Shown: piece by piece, positions 13,460 to 26,002 of the stretch | How the letters are laid out: each line of letters opens with the position of its first letter | How positions within the stretch are numbered: the first letter of the stretch is position 1 | NCBI GenBank assembly: GCA_012295275.1 | Contig: CM022669.1 | Coordinates: 17,174,001-17,238,000, forward strand | DNA length: 64,000 nt | Source of the DNA: Chrysomallon squamiferum | Taxonomy: Eukaryota; Animalia; Mollusca | Direction: 5' to 3' | Translations under genes and position numbers: made by a program | Notes under the pieces: model-generated | The model's database searches: none | What the model was told of the DNA's origin: nothing | Seen by the model: only the letters and a program-made list of their open reading frames with translations

Positions 13460-14164
13460 ACTTGTATGTATGTATTTTTAATTATTTTAATGTATTTTTG
13501 TATATATGTATGATTGTCTGTTTGACTGTCGGTCGGTCTGTCTGTCTATATGTATGTTATATATATGGGTGTGTGGATGCAAATTTTAATATATGTTTGT
13601 TTCTCAACACTACTTTATTAGAGGCATTTTACGAAGAATGTGAAATATAATGATATTTTTTATTAGCCTTTAAATTGGCTAATTATATTCTTTATAGTAA
13701 CTGTTTTACAACGGTTGTTATGTGGTTTTGATACGAATGATTCAAAACTAATCAACAGTTCTTGTTTGTCTTGATTATGTTGCTAACTGTAACGAATTCG
13801 GTATAGCATTGCTAATGTTTACAGACTTGCAGAATATTTATTTTATAGTTAACAAGAGTTTGCTCCCTTGTTAGCAATGAATAGCCTTTTACAACTATCT
13901 TTCAGATAAATAAAGACTTTTGATACGAACTTAAGTCACACAGTGAAGAACTGCTACATAACTGAATTGCAATGTGTATGTATTTGAAGCAGTTCATGGC
14001 CTCACAATATAATTTTATTTAATTGTAATTATATTATTGCTAATATTGTTTATTATTGTTGTTGTTGTTATTTATTATTATTATTATTATTATCGTCATT
14101 ATTATTATTATTATTATTGTTGTTGTTGTTGTTATTATTATTATTATTATTGTTGTTGTTGTTG

Positions 14165-14207
<43 letters not shown>

Positions 14208-14289
14208 GCATTTAAAAGCAGCTGGAAGAATCAAGGAACAAAAGGGACATAATGAACCATCCCAGCTCCTTATGACAACAAATTAGTTT

Positions 14290-14930
14290 AAATTCTTAAT
14301 TGTGATGGTTTACTGGAAGAAAATACATAAAAGACAGAAAAAGGATGTTTTCTCATGATTGAAATTCGATGAATACACAAACAGGTGTGTAAATCAATGG
14401 CACAAACAATCTTTGGAACAGAAATTAAAAAATATATATTTTAGAAATACAGAGAACATCAAAAGTATTTTATTCCTAAAGAGAAGCAGTACAAGATTTA
14501 AGTGTGATGATGTGGAGAAACGTATCTAGAAAATAAAGCCATCAGAAGACACTTAAGACAAAACCAGCAAAGCTTACATTGCAGTTGGCCATTGGTGGTT
14601 GACCAGTGCCACCTCACAATGTGTGTCATTCTAAAGCCCCTACTTTGCAGCAGAGAAGCTGACGTCGCTTGAAAGGTTCTCATGTAAGCTCATAGTGGTA
14701 GAAAGCAAGCCCAGATATATCCCACAATGCCAGATGTTTGTCGAAAGAGCAAACGATGAAATCAAAAAACATTCATCTGACCTTGATTGGATGAGTGACA
14801 ACAATACCCAGGACCAGACTGCGGGACTACAAATTTGTTCAGCAACAGAATCACTGTTTTTAAAAAAAACAGACAGCATGGAACGCAGTGTACAATGAAC
14901 CACATACAAGTTCATTCTTTACACTAGTGT
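14290..14930 (+). mobile_element. Degenerate Ginger2/KRBA2-SCAND3-like DDE integrase (DNA transposon remnant)
   Basis: 'IVVESKPRYIPQCQMFVERANDEIKK...DWMSDNNTQDQTAGL' (core 14695-14898) resembles the KRBA2-type motif 'HGKPRHxQSQGSVERAN...WMxDNxTxDWxxGL'. Flanking frames are broken by stops and shifts. Boundaries approximate. Confidence 0.7.
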
Positions 14931-15553
14931 CTGTAAGCTTTGCCAAAGCGTATTTGTCCATAATTTAACTAATTCATTAAACATTTCTGAATTTGTAACA
15001 ACTATTTTACTTCTTTCATTATTTATCGAATTTCCAAGTATTGTATCCTACCAAGAAGGAGCTATAGCAGTTAACAGCGTGATGCTGCTAAAAATACGGC
15101 ATCATCATCTCAAAGCAGTCAACAACGAAACACGGAAACCATTGAGTACAACCCATAATCGACTTCGTTTAATTTCTAGAACAACGCCATTAAAATGTAA
15201 CAAGAACACAAAAGGTAAAATGTTACATCCTTGTCCCACTCCGTTTTTAACAATAAAAGCATTTATTGTAATAAAACACCCTTCGTTTTCACATAATGTC
15301 TTTATTTCGTGTTTTAATAATTATATTTTCATGTACGGCAGCATTTTCCACTTTATGAATCTGTACACGGAATGTTAGAATTGTCTAATGTCTATACAAC
15401 ATGAATTTATTGATTTACTCAATAGTTGCTTACTGTCAGTAATGCTATAAAATGATTAAATGTGTTCTTTCTGTATTATTTTTCGTAAATTCAATTTGTT
15501 CGTCCATTAATTCATAATATGATTTTGTTTCTTTAATATCTGTATTTAATGCA

Positions 15554-15651
<98 letters not shown>

Positions 15652-17023
15652 GTTTTCTATCTATATATCTGTATATCTCTATATATTCTTAAGTTTATCA
15701 TTCGCTCCTCCATGATACTTCAGCATTTTCTACTCTGCGTGCCCACGCCTCGATTTCCAGTTCCGGACATGCTCTCCTCTCCTCGTAAAAGATCCTTGCT
15801 ACAAGAGTAACCTGTTCTTTAGATCTAATACCACTGAACTAAAAATATTCTTTCATATTAAATGTGCCGAAGTATCATTAATAACAACGATAACAAAAAA
15901 ATATGTATTAAACCGTAACTTGTAATCCTAGAAGAACCTAGGTAAATTATAGATTTTTGTTTAATGTTTTTATGTATAACTACAGTCATTAATCCTGTAT
16001 TACTGGTTGTTACCAGATCATGAACAAACATTACAAGCTCCTTCTTAATTAAATTCATTTGTGATCGTTTATGGTTTATTTGTGATGTAGCGGTTAACGC
16101 AACATAAATACAAGTTGTGTAATTAGACTAATTTGAATTAATAACTAATCGTCTGATATTTCAGGTAGATTATGTACATCAAATATTGTCTTTTCGCTGT
16201 TACTGCTGTAGCACTAGCGCTAATACAGATTCAGAAGTGTAATGTGTTTTGTTGTGTTTTTAGTGAAATTAAATGTTAATGAAATATTATATATATATTT
16301 ATATAATTATTAAATGGAAATTAAGCAATGTATCTTAAGTGGATACACGGGTAAAGGCTAGAAAGATCATGAAGAAGAAAATCAACAACAACAACATATG
16401 TCACATATACAAGATGGAAATTTAATTTTAGATAAGGCTTCACTTTGAGCCATGCACGTCGTAAAACAAGCTGGATGTTTAATTAATTTTGATGCCACCA
16501 TGTGTGTGTGATGAGATCACTCTGATAAATCTTTACAGAGGATGACACGTCAAACGTTTAGCGAATGGCCGGTTCTGTGATCGATTCCCGACAGTGGCAA
16601 TACGGTGTTGTTTCTGTACATCGCCTGAAATACGTACTTTTCCCCTTCTTTTTTCAATTCTTCTTCTTGTTTTTCTTCTTTCGACTATGGTGTTGATTTC
16701 TATCATTTTTTATTATTATTGTTGTTGTTGTTGATGTTGTTGCCGTTGTTGTTTTATAAATTATAAATAACACCGTATGGTCCTCATCATCAAACAGACT
16801 AAAAATGAATAATACACATCACCATCCTGAATTCATGCAGAACCGCCATCTAAACATCTGCTTGACTGCAGACTGTGTGAGATCAAATCAAATACAACTG
16901 CCCACTGGTCAGATCCAGTATTTAACATCATAGGGAGTAAACCTAAAAAATTAACAAACACCAGCATCTTTGAAAACTGAAATAAAATATTATTAATAAT
17001 AAAAGAAATTAACAGTTGGATGT

Positions 17024-17129
17024 CCAATGTAAAATATTTTATGTCCATACAAGTGTGCATATAAATATGCAGGACTGCAGTTATATTATCACTGTGTATT
17101 GAACAGAATTCAATAACAAGGTTGAAAAG
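17024..17129 (+). promoter_or_regulatory. Peptide gene A core promoter and non-coding exon 1
   Basis: CCAAT 17024-17028, TATAAATA 17060-17067, Inr-like TCACT 17089-17093 (~30 nt after TATA), exon ending AAAAG|GTAAGA at 17129/17130. Clearly homologous to the blocks at 20543-20647 and 28010-28112. Confidence 0.82.
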
Positions 17130-17375
17130 GTAAGAATGAATTTATTGTATATTTTAAACCGAATTTTATACGTTTAAGAAATTTTAATGTTATACTAATT
17201 TTATGAGCTTTAATAGGTTAACCAAAACAATGAAATAGTAAAAACAATTTTATCAGACAATTTATTTCTGCCTATTTGTTTTTAAAATAGCAGTAATAAA
17301 AAAATGTTCAAGTTCAGTATTGAATTTTACTATAATTAATATATAAATAGTTTACTCTGCTTTTTATTCATTTAT

Positions 17376-17428
<53 letters not shown>

Positions 17429-17677
17429 GTCTGTTGGTGTGTGTTTTCATTGAGAATATCAATATATTAAACCATTTCTTTTTTCTTTGGATCAAGCCAA
17501 TCTTTTTTTTTCTTCTTTTTTTTTTCTAATTTTTTTATGTTTTTGATCCTATAATCCTTTATTCTCTATTTTTGTTCAGTGTATTAAGCTATTCCTATTT
17601 TTTCTTCGGATGAAGTCAATTATGTCTTCTCTCTTCTTTTTTTTTCTCTTTTTTACTTCGTTTGTTTTTTTGTTTTT

Positions 17678-17711
<34 letters not shown>

Positions 17712-18188
17712 TTTTATTGTTGTTTTTGGTAAGTTTTAATTTTTATGGGTTTTTTGTTTGTTTTTTTATCTTATTATTCTTGATTCTAATTTTTGTTTCA
17801 TTATATCAGGATGCTGAACTATTCCTAGTTTTGTTCGAATGAAGGCTACTCGTGTTTTGGTTGTTCTAATTTTTTTTATTTCAATATATCAGAACATTAA
17901 ACTTCAGATGAAATATATTTTTTTATTCGTTGTTGTTAACCTTATTTTTATCTCTCTGATTCTTTTGTGTAATATTTCAGTACATTAAATAAAACTTTTT
18001 TTTTCCTTTATCAGATGAAAGCAATTATTTGTTTTTGTTTACATTTTCGATCCTGTCATCCTTTTTACAAAATGATTTTTTTGTGTCTTTTAATAACTTT
18101 TTTTTTATTTTTTTTTTTTTTTTTTATGTCCTATATATCATCACAATATATTAACCTATTAATTTCTCTTTTTTTCTTCTTCATTCAG

Positions 18189-18437
18189 ATGAATAAATTT
18201 TTATTGGCGTTTTTATTCCTGTCGCTTGTGGTAGCAATATCTGCGACAGCCATCAGAGCCGTTGGCGATGAAGACGATGCTAGTTTGGATGATAAATTCT
18301 TAGACCCGAAACAACTGAGAAAACTGATGAGGGAAAGAGCTAGGGTATAGAATATGACAAATAATTTTTAAAAATGTTACTATTAAATATTATTATGAGA
18401 CATAAAACAGTTTTAGCCAGTCTTTCTTTACATTTTT

Positions 18438-18501
<64 letters not shown>

Positions 18502-18612
18502 GGTAAATTTGTGGCTAGGTAATATATGTTTCGCAAGACCAGGTTTTCAATAAAAAACATTTTTTTTTTTTTCGTGTTTCAGAAGCACTTTCTTGGCACT
18601 AATAAGAAATGA
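18189..18612 (+). CDS. Secreted peptide precursor A, 61 aa (coding exons 18189-18344 and 18583-18612)
   Basis: CAG|ATG acceptor, phase-0 donor GTATAG at 18345, TTTCAG acceptor at 18582. Product MNKFLLAFLFLSLVVAISATAIRAVGDEDDASLDDKFLDPKQLRKLMRERAR|KHFLGTNKK*. AATAAA at 18709-18714. Same architecture as paralogs B and C. Confidence 0.83.
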
Positions 18613-19009
18613 GAACTTGGAAGAATTTCTACACCCAGTTAAACAGACAGACAGACAACTGAAAGACAAAAGTCCAAAGGAAATTCGTGTTTAACATTTA
18701 TGAAGTGAAATAAAGATCTAGCTTCACGTGTTTTTCTTGCTCTTTCTGTATTTTCTTTTGATTTTCGTGTATGTCTGTATATATGTATGTATGTATGTGC
18801 GTATGTGTATTTGTGTGTATGTGTGTGTGTACGAGGGTAAACGTGGGGGGATATATATTACACACCTGTATTATAATCATTTCATAGCATATCATATTAC
18901 ATATCATTACTTATTGTTAATTTCCTTCTGTTTCCTAACATGACATAGACAAAATTAATAAATATAAGAAATGTACTAAGTGACCTCGCAAATGAAATAA
19001 AAGTTTTAA

Positions 19010-19053
<44 letters not shown>

Positions 19054-19096
19054 CAACAATAACAATAACAATGATAATAATAATAATAACAATAAC

Positions 19097-19180
<84 letters not shown>

Positions 19181-19186
19181 AAGAAG
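19010..19186. repeat. Compound (AAT)n/(AAC)n/(AAG)n microsatellite, representative of many trinucleotide tracts
   Basis: Directly visible. Similar tracts at about 413, 7163, 14040, 21200, 23980-24255, 47870, 51640, 52400 and 57065. Confidence 0.95.
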
Positions 19187-19295
19187 AGAAAATTAACTAC
19201 AAGTTAAAAACGAATTACGACTATGGTATTTAATGACATTTTAGTATACGTAACGTCAAAAAATATTTTTAAAATGACATATGCTTTAAAAATGT

Positions 19296-19440
19296 GAAAC
19301 TGGCTGCAGCAGCATAGGTTACACACATCAGTTAGCAGCAAGGATTATTTTACAGGGACCTGCTGGACAAAGATGATCGTTACAGTGTGTACCGATCTGT
19401 CATCTGTGAAACGAGAAGTCAACCAGTGAACAATAACAGA
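19296..19440 (-). mobile_element. Degenerate SINE copy (Nin/Deu-core-like)
   Basis: 'gaaactggctgcagcagcataggttac...ttagcagcaagga...aaacgagaa' is the reverse complement of motifs in the 26228-26510 copy (ttctcgtt, 'ccttgctgctaa'-like). Confidence 0.45.
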
Positions 19441-19506
19441 CAGACAGGAACTACCGATTAAAAAATGAAGAAATTACTACAAGAAGATGAAACAACAACA
19501 ACAATG

Positions 19507-19623
<117 letters not shown>

Positions 19624-20009
19624 ACACACACACATACCCACACACACACAGACTCACTATACACACACGCACACACACACACACATACACACACGTTTTC
19701 TTATTATTAATTTATCAGTGACGTGTCGTTATGAAGAACGTACGTGACTAGATCGAAGGTTAATTTGAGATAAGGTGGAACAAATGGTTGTCTGAACCGT
19801 AAAACAAATTGTATGTTTAATTGAATCGTCGTATCACACCAAGCGGGGAAAGATACCATCTCATTTCTTTTTGTTATCAGTCACGTTTTCTTAATGAATT
19901 GAACATATTGTAGTTTTTAAATCAGCTACATTTGTCCTGGATACACTTTTTACTTTTATGAACTATGAATCGCTAGTTTCTTTTTCTTCTTCTTATTATT
20001 TTTTTTAGG

Positions 20010-20040
<31 letters not shown>

Positions 20041-20278
20041 ACAGATTTTTCTGGCATCGGCTTTCGGCTGTACACATTTTACTAATAACAAGTGGTAAAT
20101 GTTTAAATTTTTAATCTATGGGGATATTACATATAATATAATAAATCGAAAGTTGTTTCAAGAATGGACGGGTCTGGGATCGATTGCCGCTGGTTGCAAA
20201 TCTGCGCTATTCCTTCAGGTTCAATTCAGAACAGGTGTTAAACCAGTGACAGCACTTTTACTCTTTGGGAAACACGAC

Positions 20279-20358
20279 ACAATGTGCATGCAACGTCACA
20301 ATTTGCATACAACGTCACAGTGTGCATGCAACGTCACAGTGTGCATGCAACGTCACAA
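20279..20358. repeat. Four-copy 19-bp minisatellite (ACAGTGTGCATGCAACGTC) upstream of peptide gene B
   Basis: Directly visible tandem units with 1-3 substitutions, ~220 bp upstream of the gene B TATA box. Confidence 0.9.
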
Positions 20359-20542
20359 TTCTTTCACGAATGGATGGTTCCGAGATCAATTGACGGCGAC
20401 AAAATGGCGACGTTTTTGCACTTAATTTCGAGTTTACGATTACGTAGAACTGTGAACAGCTGTTGACAAATTAAAATCACAGAATCCAGAACGTGACACT
20501 ACAAACCAAAAAAAGAAAAAAAAAGAAAATAGGAGTAATTAT

Positions 20543-20647
20543 CCAATCAAACTGTCTTTGAGAACTGTCTTACTTGTATATATAAAGGTGCAGGATTACA
20601 AGTATCGTCACTGTAAACTGAACAGACTTCAACAGCAAGCCGAAAAG
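20543..20647 (+). promoter_or_regulatory. Peptide gene B core promoter and non-coding exon 1
   Basis: CCAAT 20543-20547, TATATATAAA 20577-20586, TCACT 20608-20612, exon 'actgtaaactgaacagacttcaacagcaagccgaaaag' then GTAAGA at 20648. Confidence 0.82.
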
Positions 20648-21200
20648 GTAAGAAACGAATTTATTATAATATTTTTATTTTATGCTGTTATTTAATAGTC
20701 TTTGATTAAGTTATATGTTAAGTGCGTATACGCACCTTTAGTATCAGAAATGTAGTATAAATTTACACATATGTACTAGCATGCACAGACATATTGCATG
20801 CACATACACGTGCATTTACGTAACATATCGTCACTAGAAGTTTCTATTACGAAATTGCAAAGCTCTGGAGGGATTGTAACATTTTATACCGAATTTTATT
20901 ATAATTATTTAATTTTAAGAAAATCGGATGTACATATTCAATTCATCAATTAGGCTGGCTTTAAATTCACTTTAGGTATCGTTTATTTATTTATTTATTT
21001 ATTTATTTACCCTTTTCTATACACTGTGCCTGAAGACGTGTTGGTTTTGCATTACATGTTTCTACCCAGTTAGATAATCTAGTATGTGCCTTGCTAATAA
21101 TCTTTGTATTTGAATTTAAAAGATTTTGAACAACAATAACTGAAAAATATGAAATTATGCTGATTTATTTTAATATCGTTGTTTCATTTATTACAAACAT

Positions 21201-21285
<85 letters not shown>

Positions 21286-21389
21286 CATTATTAAGTTAAA
21301 ATAAAAAGAAAAGAAATTTAACATATTAACAAAGACATTTGTGCTTAAAACTTTATCACAGTATATCAAACTATTTTTATTTTCTTTAG

Positions 21390-21879
21390 ATGAGAGCAAT
21401 TTTCTTGGCATTTTTGATTGCGTTCTGCCTGATGGCAGTTACTACTGTTGTATCCAGCGGTATCGCCAACGATATGAAACTAAACATGTTCAACGACTAC
21501 TTCAATGAAATGAAGAGCAAATTTGACCCCAAAATGGTCCAAAAAGTCATTGAAAAAATGAAGGTGAGCATGACTAAGGAGACAAGTGAAAGGGGAAAAC
21601 TACAGATTATTTTTTTATTTTTTATTTTTTTTTTTATAAATCCCTGTCAGTCTGCATTTCACGTAATTTAAAAACCGTTTATGTAAATTTAGTAACGTAA
21701 CGTATTTGGTTACATGACGTCATAATACGTCATAAGAAAAAAATAATTGTGCTTCTTAATCTGTTTTCGACCAAATAGGTAATAACAAAGTGAATTCGCT
21801 AAGGAAATTTTTAAATTCTTGTTTCAATGTAACTGACAGAAGGCGACTTACTTATTATGTTTGTTTATCATTTAATATA

Positions 21880-21923
<44 letters not shown>

Positions 21924-21986
21924 CCTGCGTGGTAATTTGATTTTTAATAACTGTCTGAATATTTGTCGTTTCAGGATCAGCTTTAA
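21390..21986 (+). CDS. Secreted peptide precursor B, 61 aa (coding exons 21390-21563 and 21975-21986)
   Basis: TTTAG|ATG acceptor, donor AAG|GTGAGC at 21564, TTTCAG acceptor at 21974. Product MRAIFLAFLIAFCLMAVTTVVSSGIANDMKLNMFNDYFNEMKSKFDPKMVQKVIEKMK|DQL*. AATAAA at 22109-22114. 3' UTR homologous to A and C. Confidence 0.85.
21678..21776. repeat. ~100-bp CRE-containing element, copy 1 (copy 2 at about 22755-22850)
   Basis: 'tagtaacgtaacgtatttggtt..tgacgtcataatacgtcata...ttttcgaccaaa' occurs in gene B intron 2 and again ~650 bp downstream of the gene B poly(A) signal, in direct orientation. Confidence 0.85.
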
Positions 21987-23409
21987 TGAAGCTGAGAAAA
22001 ACAGAGGATTTCTACAGCTAGTCAAACAAACACAACTGGAAAAAAAAACAAAAAAAAAAAAACACCTGATAACGACAATATGAAATCCTTGTTTAAAAAC
22101 TGAAGACAAATAAAAGTCCGCATTTCAAGCAACTGTCTTCTTCCTTTTGTATTTTTCATATATGTATTTATTATACGTGTACATTATTTTTTATTCATTT
22201 TGTTAATCAAAAGAGAAATATAATATAAAATGACGGTAGGAAACTGCCCTTTGCAAAGGAGCCGTGATGATGTGTTTCGTATCGGTCATTTTTTTAAACA
22301 ACACTTTTAAGATGAATTTATATCGATTGAATAATTCGGTATTTGAGTCATGAGCTAATTAAAGCTTTGTTTATAAGAAATTGCTGTACATCTCTCTATA
22401 CGATATCGATATATAAATATATAAGCGGAATATTTGAAAGTGACCTTAAAAACCCCCCACCAAAATCACCAAAACATAAATAAATAAAAAGTATCTAAAA
22501 CTTAAACTAAAAGTAAACTGACTAAAAAAAAATAAATAAATAAATAAATCTGAATAAATGAAGACGAATATGTCTATTTGTATATTTGCGGGGACTATGA
22601 CACTGGTTGGGACCGTGACTGGGTCTATGAGGTCGGCGTTGACCATTATGTTGACAACATTGTTGCCAGTGGTGTTCACAACGTCGACGGTGTCCTTCAC
22701 CTCAACTGCGGCCATCTAACGTTTCAGTTAATCAGCTTCCACGAACTCGTATAATTTATGTTAATTAGTAACGTAACGTATTTGGTTCGTGACGTCATAA
22801 TACGTCATACGTAAAAGATAATGTTTCTTTTCAGTCTATTTTCGACCAAAGACGTAACTATTTTGTTGGACAGAAAAAATGTAATTAAAAACGATAAGAA
22901 AACAGTAACCTACTTTTATTTTATCCAGCTATGAATTAATTGGAAACATAATATTAGTGTTATGTTTATGTCTTTGAAAAATAATGGAAATCTATGTAAG
23001 TGCTTCTCTCGTGGTCAGCTCTATGTTGAATGTTCAGGAACTGGAAATGGAAATAATTTGTTCATCCTCACTTCCAAAGGGGGGGGGAAGAAAAAAAGTA
23101 AGTATGCTGCCTTACCGTCATCTCAAATATCAAAAAATTTCACTCGTTAAAATTCATTTTGTATTAAAAAACACTTAATTATATGGCTGAAGACACAAAT
23201 TAATAAATAAATAAATAAAGATAATAATAAAAGAAATAAAATATATAGTAAAAAAAAAAAAAAAGTAGAAAGAAATTCGAATGATATTGATAATAATGAT
23301 AATTATGATAATAATAATAATGATAATGATGATGATGATGATGATATTAACAAACACTTCAAACAATAATTTTAATTAAATCACATTATTTTTTTTAATA
23401 ACAAAGTTG

Positions 23410-23560
23410 AAACCCGGTAGTGTAACAGGATAGGTTACTTACTGGCCATCAGCAATGATCATTTAATTGATCTTTCTGATAAAAGGAAAAATTGTAACGA
23501 GCCAATGGGTGGAACAGGAAATCGATCAATGGTCGTATTCGAAAGACTGATCCGACATCC
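23410..23560 (-). mobile_element. Degenerate SINE copy (Nin/Deu-core-like)
   Basis: 'gaaacccggtagtg...ataggttact...cagcaatgatc...aacgagccaatgggt...atcgatc' is a reverse-strand match to the SINE motifs of 26228-26510. Confidence 0.45.
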
Positions 23561-23978
23561 CATCTCCGGTGCTTGTTGCACGAGACAAAATTATAATCGA
23601 TCGCACATGCGCAGAGCTTACCGAGAGAACATTAATCTGGAGAAGAAACCCGTTCATGCATCATATATTTGAAACATGTATTTTTGTTGTTGCGACTTTT
23701 AAAAATATAATTGTACATTAATTACCACTGATTAAATTTTGAAGATTTCATTTATTTTTATTATTTTTTTTTTATCCACTAACTAATTGTAAAGTAGTAT
23801 ATGTCATAACTAGGTCCATATAAAAGGTATTTGCTTACGATCGACGTGAGGTTGTTATTGTTGTTACTGTTAATTTTGTTTTAGTTAATGATGACATCAT
23901 CATGGACATTGTGTGCAAAATTCAGAAGCCTAATGTGGCTCTTATTCACCAGATGTCTTTTACTATGGATCAGCATTA

Positions 23979-24009
<31 letters not shown>

Positions 24010-26002
24010 TTCAGCATCATCATGATCATTATTACCAGCATTATTAGAATCATCATCATTATAATTTTACTTACGTACTACTACTACTACTATTACTACT
24101 TCTACTACTATCATCTTTATAATTATTATCATTAACGTTATTATTATTATTATTATCATCATCATCATTATAATTATACTTATTACTACTACTACTACTA
24201 CTACTACTACTGCTACTAGTATTATCATTATTATTATTATTATTATTATTATTGTTTTGATTTCGTATTTTATTTTTATTGCTTTGTGTTCCGTCTGTCA
24301 CCGAATTCCGAACTAAGTAACTGGATTGTCGTATAAATGGGTAACTGAAATACAAAAGATTACACTTCTGCTCTGTCACTCTCCTTATTGTAGACGTCTA
24401 ATTTACACGCGGATGGAATGGAATGGAAAAAAATTAACGTGCTGTTGTGAAGCACGTCTGTGACGGGCACGCTTTCTGACAGGTCAGCGGGCGTGTCTGA
24501 CGCAGAACTTACACGCGGACGAGTGAGGCCCTTTAAATACCCATCAAAACATTCTTTAAAAAGGTGTGTTGCATAGGGACCTTTGGGACAAGCATCCCTT
24601 AATAATTTGGTGGTCCTTCTGATGTTCAACCTATTCTGCTTTTTTGCGCGGTAAATGAAGCACTCAAAATAATGAGCAACACAAATTTATTCCATGAACA
24701 AACCCAGTTTTTAGATGGTTTCTTGTTCAGATGTGTTCCTTTTACCGCAAATGTCGGCGGAAATGAAACTGAATCTCATCACGCATGCGCAGACGTTTCA
24801 CAACGCTCTCTTGTTGACTTGTTAAACAGTGATGATTGGCTACCGATAGAATCTCTTTAAAAAAAAAAAAATTAATTATTTTTTTTTTAAATCTTTTAAC
24901 ACCCTTTTTTTTTTTTTTTTTTTTTTTAGTCTTTGTGTATATCACGGGGAGGTTCTTAATTTTTTTTTTCTTTTTTGTTTTAACACATCACCACCGAAAC
25001 ATTGGTACAGCGGTAATCAATGAAATCTCCTCTTTCAACCAATCAGCGATCTTCTTACAGACATGACGCCCACACTCGTACACGTCAGCCTGTCAGCAAC
25101 ATGCCACATCGACAGTAACGGATGATCAGACAGATGATGCAGGTGACGTCCTGATCGCAGCTGTTACAGCTGCAGTTGTTGTCGCCTATGTTTATGATTC
25201 TGAACTAGAGGAATCTGATCTTCCCAGTGATTAAACTGTTTGACTGAATTTGCTGTTTTGTATTAAACATAGAGTTGGATGATTTATATTTCATATGCTG
25301 AAACTGTACCTTTACAACATCTTACAACACCTAAATTTGTATACCTCTTCCCATTGATAATTGTTCCCTTCATAATGACTCAAGGACCAACTGTGTGTGG
25401 CTAACCAATTTTAACCTGTATTAGTATTTTTAGTCTGTAAAGCGCCCCCTATTGTTGTTGTTTTTGCAAGTTAAGCCTGCATCGCATTTCCTGTGCCGCT
25501 AATCTTGTGCCCCATCTGGGCTAGCAATGTTTTAAAAATGTTAGCTTATATATGATTTAACCACCAAAGACCAGAATAGCCCATAATGAACGAAACACAT
25601 TATTGATATAAACTTCAGTGCAAGTTAATAATATAATTTGAACGAGCTTTAGCCATCAACCAAAATTTTAAACAGTACTTATCTTAATGAATGAATTGCT
25701 CACTAGATTATCCAGTTCATCTCAAAATATCTACTCAGACTGGAACGATCTGATTTGTAATGGCAAGGAACGTAAGCATCCTAGGTTCGACATATCGTGA
25801 TATGTAATCACATGATTAACAAAAACAAATAAACTGTTCATACACACACGTACACATATAAAGAAAAAGCGAAAGCTCTGAAGTATGGATCTTTATTTCA
25901 CTTCAGTTGTTTTAAACAAGGATTTCATTTTGTTGTTAGCAGTTTGTCTGTCAAGTGTTTGTTTGTCCCACTGCCTGCAGAAATCCTCTTTCTTGCACTT
26001 TT

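Noticed and set aside
18015-18188. 111-aa version of peptide A in the ORF track as the main product
   Set aside because: Homology to B and C places the functional start at AG|ATG 18189. The extension is T-rich intron sequence and is kept only as a possible minor isoform.
21561-21986. C-terminal KDQL of peptide B as an ER-retention signal
   Set aside because: It lacks the Glu of the KDEL consensus and is not shared by paralogs A or C.
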